From IMG/VR virus record IMGVR_UViG_3300031857_000028, positions 81,754 to 145,753 of that record: a stretch of DNA of 64,000 nucleotides; one strand, written 5' to 3'. Made by a program: the position numbers and the translations under genes. Of this stretch, positions 57,153 to 64,000 are shown piece after piece. The notes beneath the pieces are model-generated. The model searched no databases, was not told where the DNA came from, and was given only the letters and a program-made list of their open reading frames with translations. The stretch's first letter is position 1. Each line of letters starts with the position of its first letter. Origin of the DNA: a virus.

Positions 57153-58049
57153 ATGATTATACTAGATACTATGAGTTGGCAACATTTTGTTCAACTAGAT
57201 TATATCAGAAGACTTCCGTTAAATGAACAATTAAAACGATACAATTATTATTTAATGGAACAGCAAGCAATGCAAGTAACCGTGAATAATACCGCAGCGG
57301 CGGCCGGGGGTGGTCAATCAAGTTTACAAATTCAAGAAGAGCCTACATCCGGTGGGCAAATCTTAATGGGTGTTGAATTTATTGAGGAGACACTTTTTCC
57401 TCCTGGGTGGAACTTTAATTTCAGAGTTTATTTTCCGGAATCATCGGAAGTTTTGGCAACATTAAATAATACTTTGATTACTGCAAACTTCGACGATGGA
57501 TTTTCTGCAACTTATACAGAATATACCACTGATAATTCACTGTATGAATTTGATATTTACAGAGCAATTCCCACATTTCTTAACGGAACCACGTCCGTTG
57601 TCATTAACGTAAATCCTTCTACGTATGTTAGTAAACTATTAGTTGCTGGCCTAATTGGTCCTAATACCAATTCGCAATACATTAATTCCATTTCTTTTAG
57701 CAATTTCCCGAATGTAACTAGGTTAGAACTACCTTACCAACCGATTACTACATTAGATATATCAACTCTACCCAATTTAGAAATACTGTATGCTGATAAT
57801 ACTAATTTAACTTCTTTGACGTTTACTACATTACCCAATTTACTTGAAATTGACTTGAGAGATGGTGCCCTATCGGAAAGTATGATAACACAAATATTAG
57901 TTGCACTGGATGCAAATGGGTTGACGAACGGATATGCTGACTTTGTTAATAATTACAGTGGAACTAACGCAGCAATTACGAATCAAACTGGATTAGATGC
58001 GATTGATAATTTGACTGCAAAGGGATGGGCTGTATCTGTAGCCACGTAA
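57153..58049 (+). CDS. Leucine-rich-repeat (internalin-like) protein; the only convincing + strand gene
   Basis: FPNVTRLEL..QPITTLDIS.LPNLEILYADNTNLTSL....LPNLLEIDL; ends at a terminator. Confidence 0.75.
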   Translation: MIILDTMSWQHFVQLDYIRRLPLNEQLKRYNYYLMEQQAMQVTVNNTAAAAGGGQSSLQIQEEPTSGGQILMGVEFIEETLFPPGWNFNFRVYFPESSEVLATLNNTLITANFDDGFSATYTEYTTDNSLYEFDIYRAIPTFLNGTTSVVINVNPSTYVSKLLVAGLIGPNTNSQYINSISFSNFPNVTRLELPYQPITTLDISTLPNLEILYADNTNLTSLTFTTLPNLLEIDLRDGALSESMITQILVALDANGLTNGYADFVNNYSGTNAAITNQTGLDAIDNLTAKGWAVSVAT

Positions 58050-58068
58050 TACGTACACATTGTAAACG

Positions 58069-58102
58069 AAAACGGGTCGCTGATGGCGACCCGTTTTTTA
58101 TT
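58069..58102. terminator. Bidirectional intrinsic terminator between the convergent LRR and Hsp20 units
   Basis: aaaacgggtcgc-tgatg-gcgacccgtttt, with T tracts on both strands. Confidence 0.88.
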
Positions 58103-58158
58103 GCTCCATATTTTAAGGTTTTATGGTGGAACGTAACTGTTAAAAGATCACCCCCTAG

Positions 58159-58215
58159 TCAGTTAGCAGTTACGTTAGTGTAGGTACCACAATGGCAAAT
58201 TAGACATCCACACAT
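58159..58215 (-). CDS. Putative 18-aa Cys-rich micropeptide MCGCLICHCGTYTNVTAN (absent from the ORF track)
   Basis: Perfect GGAGG SD (58222-58226) 6 nt before the ATG; directly downstream of the Hsp20 stop. Confidence 0.5.
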   Translation of the reverse strand: MCGCLICHCGTYTNVTAN

Positions 58216-58240
58216 ACTAAACCTCCATTTTTGATTGTAA

Positions 58241-58741
58241 TTACTTGATTACCACCGTCTTAGCTTTAGTCTCCTGCGTTTGAACTTTTCGTGGAATAGT
58301 AATATAAAGTAACCCATTATTGAACGTTGCCTCAACCTTATCGGCATCCAACTGGTCAGTGAGCCTAAATGACCGACTAAACGAACTACGTTTGAGTTCA
58401 CGGAGAAGATAAACAGATTTATCAGTTTGCTCGACCTGTTGGGAGGCTTTTCCAACAATACTCAATACATCATCTTCAATTTGAATGGAAATATCTTCCT
58501 TATGGAATCCTGCAATTTCCGCTTCAATTTCAACTTTATCATCAAATGAAAGAACATTAACCTTTGGATAAGCCGCCTTACTGAAGGGTTCAATTCCAAA
58601 TCCTTTGTAGAGGTCTGGGAACTGTCCTCGGAATGCTTCATCGAAGAATCGGTCAAAAGTGTTGACCAGATTGTCACGATTGAATTCCATTTCTTTTTCA
58701 ATAACCGACTTTGGTACTCGCTGAATTGTCCACTTTGTCAT
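58241..58741 (-). CDS. Small heat-shock protein Hsp20
   Basis: YPKVNV, EIAGF.KEDI.I, L.I.G, RELKRSSFSRSF, A.F.NGLL.I.IP; start MTKW at 58741 with GGAG SD. Confidence 0.93.
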   Translation of the reverse strand: MTKWTIQRVPKSVIEKEMEFNRDNLVNTFDRFFDEAFRGQFPDLYKGFGIEPFSKAAYPKVNVLSFDDKVEIEAEIAGFHKEDISIQIEDDVLSIVGKASQQVEQTDKSVYLLRELKRSSFSRSFRLTDQLDADKVEATFNNGLLYITIPRKVQTQETKAKTVVIK

Positions 58742-58829
58742 AAAAATCTCCATATTTGGACGTTACCATTTCCACTATTGGACAATGGTATATAAGACCT
58801 CCATAGAGCGTCTTACATGTATAAATATT

Positions 58830-59462
58830 TTAAATGTTGAAATCCAATCTAATTTTATCCTTTTCCACCTTCGTAGAAAGGTGGTCCGCCCAGTGAATGA
58901 TATAGGGTAAATTAACTTTCATGGTATCACTTCCCAAATACGCATCATTTCCCTTACCATAATTACCATCAGACAGTTTGATTGCCAACCATTCATTTTC
59001 CGTTACCTGAATTCCGTACTTCTGAAGTAGCATTAAGCCTCGTTCGGGTGGATTAAAGTACTGTAATTGGTCATTGCGCTTGTACAATTCGCCACGCTTT
59101 CGATGCCAATCAGAATCCTGTGGAATATAGTATGGCTGGTCCTCAACACCAAGCTTTCCTAAGTCATGGTTCATTGCTGAAAAAATTAATTCCTGTTTGG
59201 TAAAGTCAATATATCCACCGCAGGTCTTATATAAGGATGCCATCTTCAACGATGTGTCAATCACACGTAATACGTGGTCAAGATACCCACCAGGAAAACA
59301 GTTATGAAACTGTACTTTTCCGGATGCTGGCGCAGTTACCAACTCTGTCTCAAACACCTTATACAGAGTCTTTAACTGCTCGGCACGTGAATCCTGTTCA
59401 ACGTATGCCATGAATTTATTATAATTTTCCTGAATAACTTCTTCTGTGTGCATTTCTAACAT
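58830..59462 (-). CDS. HD-domain phosphohydrolase
   Basis: APAS...FHNCFPGGYLDH, NHDLGK, IHWADH. Confidence 0.85.
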   Translation of the reverse strand: MLEMHTEEVIQENYNKFMAYVEQDSRAEQLKTLYKVFETELVTAPASGKVQFHNCFPGGYLDHVLRVIDTSLKMASLYKTCGGYIDFTKQELIFSAMNHDLGKLGVEDQPYYIPQDSDWHRKRGELYKRNDQLQYFNPPERGLMLLQKYGIQVTENEWLAIKLSDGNYGKGNDAYLGSDTMKVNLPYIIHWADHLSTKVEKDKIRLDFNI

Positions 59463-59483
59463 GATAAATAACCTTTTGAAATA

Positions 59484-60017
59484 TTATGTTGTCTGTGTGA
59501 GTATCTTACTAACGCGCTTTTGACTGTGTTTCATCCACAACTCGAATAACGTCGGGACGGTTGGCTTTTTCTGTAACTTCATGTTGACTTCATCTAAGTC
59601 GTAATCTGCCTTTTTGTTGTTACACGTTGAACAGGCCGTCACAAGATTTTCCCAGGTGTCTTTACCGCCTCTAGATTCTGGAATAATGTGGTCCCGTGTT
59701 AAAAACTCAAACGACCTGAACTGTGACCGATGTCGTGTACAGTACTGGCATGTGTAATTGTCACGTATAAACAGATTTCTTTGCGTTAAGACTGCAGATG
59801 TTTTGAAAATTTTTCTACCGCGAACGAACTGCTTTAAAGCAACCATAATAGGAACTTTTAAAGTAGTGGACGGTGACCGTACCACCATCGTTGGATGTTC
59901 TTCCACAACAATAGCTTTACCTTCAAGGATTAAAATAAGTGCCCGTTTAGAAGTAACAACTGCTATTGGTTCATATGTGGAATTGAGAACAACGCATCTA
60001 GTTGTTTCAAATTCCAT
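59484..60017 (-). CDS. HNH endonuclease (McrA-like)
   Basis: VLNSTYEP, RDNYTCQYC, TRDHIIPESRGG..TWENLVTACSTCNNKK. Confidence 0.9.
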   Translation of the reverse strand: MEFETTRCVVLNSTYEPIAVVTSKRALILILEGKAIVVEEHPTMVVRSPSTTLKVPIMVALKQFVRGRKIFKTSAVLTQRNLFIRDNYTCQYCTRHRSQFRSFEFLTRDHIIPESRGGKDTWENLVTACSTCNNKKADYDLDEVNMKLQKKPTVPTLFELWMKHSQKRVSKILTQTT

Positions 60018-60020
60018 AAA

Positions 60021-60323
60021 TCATCTCTCTGAGATTAGTTTATTAATGTGATATTGTTTAATCAACGTATCGGTTTTACGTGCATATTCATATTCTTCTG
60101 CTTTTATGAATATGTCAAGTGCGCTAGTCAATGTGTCTAACACACGTTTTTTGGGAATCCATGCAAACATCGTATTATCTTCAAACTTAAATAACTCAAT
60201 TTTATCTGCCGGGTCATCTAAATTCTTTTTAATTTCCCGTATAATAAACTTATACACTAATATCTCATTTTCTCGTAAGAATCGTTCCCACACGAGTGCA
60301 GATTTATTTGGTAGAACTATCAT
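60021..60323 (-). CDS. Hypothetical protein with a UVR-like C-terminal motif
   Basis: AL..FIKAEEYEYA. Confidence 0.55.
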   Translation of the reverse strand: MIVLPNKSALVWERFLRENEILVYKFIIREIKKNLDDPADKIELFKFEDNTMFAWIPKKRVLDTLTSALDIFIKAEEYEYARKTDTLIKQYHINKLISER

Positions 60324-60727
60324 GGTTTTTTACTCTTAGTAGATATAGTTTTCTTCTTTCTACCGACTTTCTTGGCAGGGGTCTTTACTGTCTTATCCTT
60401 GGATTTAGAGTTTCCATTCTTACGCAACAACTTAATCTCAGCTGGATCTGTGACAATCTGACCCTTGGAATATACAATCCCATCCTGCTCATAATATTGC
60501 TTGAAATGCCAGCCACGAGGTTTCTTCGATTCACTAGAATCTTTAGATTTATAACCGGGTGGTGGTGCAATCATTTTCTGGACACAATAACAGCACGTTA
60601 CTTTACCAACATCGGCAGGTACTTCTACTTCCTCGACATTACATTCCGTACAGGTCAGTACATGTCGTCCAGAAATTTTTGATACCATTGCTTTCGAAAG
60701 TTTTTTAATACGTCGTGTCAGAACCAT
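60320..60727 (-). CDS. Zinc-ribbon protein with a basic tail
   Basis: CTEC...TCCYC; KPRGWHF; Lys-rich C-terminus. Confidence 0.6.
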   Translation of the reverse strand: MVLTRRIKKLSKAMVSKISGRHVLTCTECNVEEVEVPADVGKVTCCYCVQKMIAPPPGYKSKDSSESKKPRGWHFKQYYEQDGIVYSKGQIVTDPAEIKLLRKNGNSKSKDKTVKTPAKKVGRKKKTISTKSKKP

Positions 60728-60728
60728 A

Positions 60729-60983
60729 TTACATCCGTTTCCAAAGTTTAAATTTGTGCTGCCAAAGTTTAACTAAACTATTATACCGTTCAATATTTGT
60801 CAATGGGTGATTTATATACATCATTTTTTCGTATTGCTCAATTAATCGTTTTGATGTACGTAAATGATACAACGTGGTTGGTCTATAAAGAAGTATTCGT
60901 ATTTTTTCTTCTAGTCTGACCATATCTTCGTCATCAAGACAATATTTGTGTATTCCCATTCTACATAAAAATATACGCCACAT
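60729..60983 (-). CDS. Hypothetical protein
   Basis: GGAG SD; fills the gap downstream of the tmRNA. Confidence 0.5.
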   Translation of the reverse strand: MWRIFLCRMGIHKYCLDDEDMVRLEEKIRILLYRPTTLYHLRTSKRLIEQYEKMMYINHPLTNIERYNSLVKLWQHKFKLWKRM

Positions 60984-61031
60984 ACAAATCTCCGTAATAT
61001 TACTTTAACAGAAACCTATATGGTACTACAG

Positions 61032-61369
61032 TGGACCCGAGGGGAATCGAACCCCTGTCCGAGATTGCTTCCTATTAAGGATTTATGTGTGTAGTCAGTT
61101 ATTGAAATTCATTCAGTTCTCGTTAACTAACAAACGTAAACTGAACATAGAACCGAAGTATCACCTTGAATACGGTTCCTATCAAGGCTATACCACATGA
61201 ATAAACAAATTAACCCTATGCGGTAATCTCAGATTAATTCGTCAGGCTGCAATTAAGCAGCGAGGGCTAAATTATAGTTGCCAGTTAGTATTTTTGGTCT
61301 GTTTTACTCGTCTTACCAAACGAGACACAAAGCTTAATCATCTACACCCCGTCGAAGCCGGTCAGGCCC
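61032..61369 (-). ncRNA. ssrA: tmRNA (one-piece); tag peptide (A)GNYNLALAA* at 61282-61253
   Basis: 5' GGGCCTGACCGGCTTCGACGGGG; 3' GGACAGGGGTTCGATTCCCCTCGGGTCCA with a T-arm. Acceptor stem GGGCCTG/CGGGTCC has the G3.U alanine determinant. Resume context TAACT-GGC and an ALAA* end. CCA is not fully encoded. Confidence 0.95.
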
Positions 61370-61584
61370 TAAAACATATGTTCCTTTAAAATTCTAAAGA
61401 AGGTAAACAATAATATAACCGATGCGGCTGCAACAATTAATACAATAGGAGATAATACTAATAGCCACGAATAATTAATATAGTTCATTACCTTTAGTAG
61501 TATCATAACCAATTCGGATATCATCAGAATTGTATATGGTCCGATGTCTACTATTACATGATTTTTATTTGTCTGTTTGACCAT
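61369..61584 (-). CDS. Small two-TM membrane protein
   Basis: LKV..YI..SWL.VLSPI pattern; AGGAG SD; its TAG stop overlaps the first G of the tmRNA. Confidence 0.6.
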   Translation of the reverse strand: MVKQTNKNHVIVDIGPYTILMISELVMILLKVMNYINYSWLLVLSPIVLIVAAASVILLFTFFRILKEHMF

Positions 61585-61607
61585 AACCTATCTCCTATAT
61601 AATGTGA

Positions 61608-61637
61608 AATATACACACAACCATCTGCTATGTCAAG
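61608..61637 (-). promoter_or_regulatory. Sigma70-type promoter CTTGACA-N17-TATATT
   Basis: -35 at 61631-61636, -10 at 61608-61613; positioned to drive the membrane ORF and the tmRNA. Confidence 0.7.
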
Positions 61638-62092
61638 TTCTCATGGATAGTTTTAAAACTTAAAATTTTATACATACCTTTCCCACTGGGAGTATATACT
61701 TGAATAGTATCTCCTGAGATTTTACCAACTAGTGTTGATCCTAATGGAGATTTTAATGTCACTTCTTCCCACTCGTTACAAAAATTACTAGTTAATTCTG
61801 ACGCAACAATATTAACCGTTTTTATAGTTTTGTCAAGAACATTTTCAAGAATGACTATAGAGCCTACGCCGATTTCGTGTTTAGATATTTTACCGATATC
61901 AATTTTTTTACACGAATTCAACCTTGTAGTAAGTTGGTTTAATCGTAAATTTAAAAAATACTGTCTACTAATAATTTCTGAAAACTCTGAATTTTCTCTC
62001 AAGTCACCGGAGTTCATGGCAACTTCCAATTCTTCCGGTATAGTAACTGTTAATTCATGTTTTATTTTTTCAATTTCTTGTTCAATATCCAT
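61628..62092 (-). CDS. greA: GreA/GreB-family transcription elongation factor
   Basis: A...GDLRENSEF, coiled coil, IGVGSIV, VTLKSPLG..L.GK..GD...V.TPSG. Likely start is the ATG at 62092 (the ORF track uses TTG 62113). Confidence 0.88.
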   Translation of the reverse strand: MDIEQEIEKIKHELTVTIPEELEVAMNSGDLRENSEFSEIISRQYFLNLRLNQLTTRLNSCKKIDIGKISKHEIGVGSIVILENVLDKTIKTVNIVASELTSNFCNEWEEVTLKSPLGSTLVGKISGDTIQVYTPSGKGMYKILSFKTIHENLT

Positions 62093-62103
62093 GATACTCT
62101 CGT

Positions 62104-62147
62104 AAAAAGACAAAATAGAAACGAGAGATATTCCCGTTTCTATTTTG
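62104..62147 (-). terminator. Intrinsic terminator-like hairpin immediately upstream of greA
   Basis: CAAAATAGAAACG-GGAATATCTCT-CGTTTCTATTTTG followed by TCTTTTT. Confidence 0.7.
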
Positions 62148-62186
62148 ATAAATATAAAACTCTTTTTATAGAGTTTAATTATTTAA

Positions 62187-62501
62187 TTAGATTGTCCATG
62201 CGGTGATGGAACGACCCTTCGCAGCGGGGCGGGTGGACGCCACGGTTGATGAACGGAAGAAGTTCGGTTCACGAAGAACACTGTTGATGAAGCGAAGTCG
62301 TGTACGAACTTGCTTCGGCTGAACTCCTTCACGGTCAAGGAAGGTGTGAACATCATCAGCGGTAACTACACCAGAAGCGCGACCACGGGCAAGACGAGCA
62401 AGCCAAGTACGCATCTTGGATGCGGTGCGAGCGAATTCAGATTCGTTGTAGTAACGATTCATGTGATAAGTGGAATTGCTATTCCGTGTTGTACGTGCCA
62501 T
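62187..62501 (-). CDS. Small Arg-rich, probably nucleic-acid-binding early protein
   Basis: VTADDV...S.RP.A.GR.I..W pattern; strongly biased codons (CGT, TTC, AAC); GAGG SD; own sigma70-type promoter. Confidence 0.7.
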   Translation of the reverse strand: MARTTRNSNSTYHMNRYYNESEFARTASKMRTWLARLARGRASGVVTADDVHTFLDREGVQPKQVRTRLRFINSVLREPNFFRSSTVASTRPAAKGRSITAWTI

Positions 62502-62580
62502 ATACGTAACCTCTTTAATTAAAGTTTTGTAAGGTTGATAGAAATGTGCTCATTCGCCTTACTCGTTTGAGCATACAATT

Positions 62581-62610
62581 AATATACTACAGTCTTACTT
62601 ATTTGTCAAG
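62581..62610 (-). promoter_or_regulatory. Sigma70-type promoter CTTGACA-N17-TATATT
   Basis: -35 at 62604-62609, -10 at 62581-62586. Confidence 0.75.
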
Positions 62611-62620
62611 TGGTAATCTG

Positions 62621-62854
62621 TTAGATATTTGAAATTACCGCACTTTCCCCAATAAGTCGTTCAAATTCCTGCTTTTTTTGAATAAGTGTTTCTACTCCAC
62701 CCTCAACATCACCATACCAAACCTTACCAAATCGTGCGGTTTCAATAGTAACATTATAGTTTGTATTTGGTTCCATACTGATGTTACCAACAGTTCCAAA
62801 TACAGTATTTGCGATATCGACAACTGGCGAAATATCTTCTTCTGTCCAAAACAT
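62621..62854 (-). CDS. Hypothetical protein
   Basis: FGKVWYGDV; GAGG SD. Confidence 0.55.
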   Translation of the reverse strand: MFWTEEDISPVVDIANTVFGTVGNISMEPNTNYNVTIETARFGKVWYGDVEGGVETLIQKKQEFERLIGESAVISNI

Positions 62855-62855
62855 T

Positions 62856-63206
62856 TTATACCTCTGGATAATCTTTCCGAGTATTATGAGATTCCCTAGA
62901 ATCTATTTCTAGGGCATAACACTTCCAACACAAACATTTTACTTCTGGTAAAAGAGTTAGATCTTTTTTTCGGACTCCGTGTGCTCCACATGTTTCACAT
63001 ATAAGTGCGGAATCTCTTTTTATCTGTGTTGATATAGAATCTAATATGTACTGCGATGGTTTGTCAACCCCTTCAAATATAACATTCAATAATCCTTTGT
63101 ATCTGGATATAGATACAGTTTTAGAGTCTTTTACTGTATCTAAGGTAAACTGAATGAGTTGTTCAAATTTTAATTTCCATCCTAATCCAAAATTATCTAA
63201 TATCAT
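62856..63206 (-). CDS. Hypothetical protein with a C-terminal zinc finger
   Basis: GW...K.G.L ... S..ICETCG..G......CLCWKC. Confidence 0.6.
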   Translation of the reverse strand: MILDNFGLGWKLKFEQLIQFTLDTVKDSKTVSISRYKGLLNVIFEGVDKPSQYILDSISTQIKRDSALICETCGAHGVRKKDLTLLPEVKCLCWKCYALEIDSRESHNTRKDYPEV

Positions 63207-63342
63207 AGTATTTTTCTTTTTGCTTCTTTTTCTTTTTAAGAGAAATTAAGTATAAGCAAGGTTTATAACGGGCCGTAAGTTAATACGACCCATTATATAG
63301 TTTATAATTTGTATATGTGTACGATATCGTGTCTTGGAGGGG

Positions 63343-63507
63343 TTATTCAGTAAATGGCAATTTCTTCATTTCACTGAATATTTCTGAACTATCTACTTCT
63401 TCTACCACTTTAGTGGTTTTGTTGTTTTCTACCAATGCTTTCTTAGCTTCTGTCTTTTTCTGAAACTTCTTAATCATTGCGCGAATTTTCTTTTCTGAAG
63501 GTAACAT
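63343..63507 (-). CDS. 54-aa hypothetical protein (absent from the ORF track)
   Basis: MLPSEKKIRAMIKKFQKK...SEIFSEMKKLPFTE*; ATG overlaps the upstream TAA (TAATG). Confidence 0.5.
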   Translation of the reverse strand: MLPSEKKIRAMIKKFQKKTEAKKALVENNKTTKVVEEVDSSEIFSEMKKLPFTE

Positions 63508-63977
63508 TACTTTATATTTTCCTCATTGTCAAGGTAATCATCTTCGTCATCATCGTCGTCGTCATCCACTTCAAACAATTTCTTTAAATTGTCTAATTCG
63601 TCATCTGAAAAATAATCCGTGTCCTTTTTTGAATTCTTTACTTTATCCATTAAGTCTTCAATAGAAGATGCGGCAAACTTACCGTCCGACGTTTTGTAAA
63701 CTTTTCCCATCGGAAACATACTCATCATACTAAATTTGTCAAGCATGTCACCTGCGGTATTCATAAACTCTGTAAAGGAGTTTCCAAGTTTTGCTAAAAC
63801 ATGCTCCATACCCAGCATTCTGCTGATAATTGTTCCCATACCCTCTTTCAGTTGATTAACTGTGTTCTTTATAGAAAGAATATGGGTATACATCAAAAAT
63901 ACTAGTATAAACGACAGTAAATTCATTACTGTTGAAACAATAAATATTGCTTCTGTTATTGTAATTGTGTTATTCAT
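63507..63977 (-). CDS. Membrane-anchored protein with an acidic C-terminus
   Basis: N-terminal TM, coiled coil, poly-Asp tail. Confidence 0.6.
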   Translation of the reverse strand: MNNTITITEAIFIVSTVMNLLSFILVFLMYTHILSIKNTVNQLKEGMGTIISRMLGMEHVLAKLGNSFTEFMNTAGDMLDKFSMMSMFPMGKVYKTSDGKFAASSIEDLMDKVKNSKKDTDYFSDDELDNLKKLFEVDDDDDDDEDDYLDNEENIK

Positions 63978-64000
63978 ATAACCTTAATATTTATTCCTCT

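Noticed and set aside
58140-58161. Selenocysteine insertion at the micropeptide TGA
   Set aside because: The UGA lies inside the stem rather than just upstream of a bacterial SECIS-type hairpin, and no sel genes are visible
59484-60017. HNH gene as a mobile homing element
   Set aside because: Free-standing McrA-like family with no intron context or interrupted gene
61032-61062. Stand-alone tRNA
   Set aside because: Only a T-arm and acceptor half; it pairs with the 5' end 338 nt away as the tmRNA tRNA-like domain
1-64000. Stop-codon reassignment as seen in some large phages
   Set aside because: Core genes are full length in the standard code, and TAA, TAG and TGA are all used as stops with tight gene packing

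Overview
A 64-kb segment of a large, AT-rich, T4-like tailed (myovirus-type) phage genome, read in the standard bacterial code. Every convincing gene but one is on the minus strand. From left to right it encodes a truncated neck protein, major capsid protein, scaffold, ribosomal protein bS21, prohead protease and portal. Next come a cluster of small basic putative capsid-internal proteins, the terminase large subunit and a 1398-aa multi-enzyme protein. Fibre/lectin-like proteins, an Mre11-Rad50 (gp47-gp46) fusion, primase, resolvase, baseplate genes and a gp55-like sigma factor follow. The right end is an accessory region with a lysozyme-like protein, IMPDH/GMP reductase, GT2, UvsE, an LRR protein, Hsp20, HD, HNH, a complete tmRNA and GreA. 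Two promoter classes are visible: sigma70-type CTTGACA-N17-TAnnnT, and a probable late element TATTTATA on the coding strand. The best candidates for new biology are: (i) a capsid-cargo system of proteins with shared N-terminal tags and I/L-x-E protease sites, including a ligase/NMNAT-like/zincin/ParB polyprotein; (ii) translation takeover by bS21 plus tmRNA with strong Shine-Dalgarno use; (iii) an unannotated Cys-rich micropeptide overlapping an antisense hairpin; (iv) a membrane-anchored knottin; (v) a dual 18-aa-repeat protein paired with two paralogous lectin-like proteins. All calls come from reading motifs by eye; no database searches were run.
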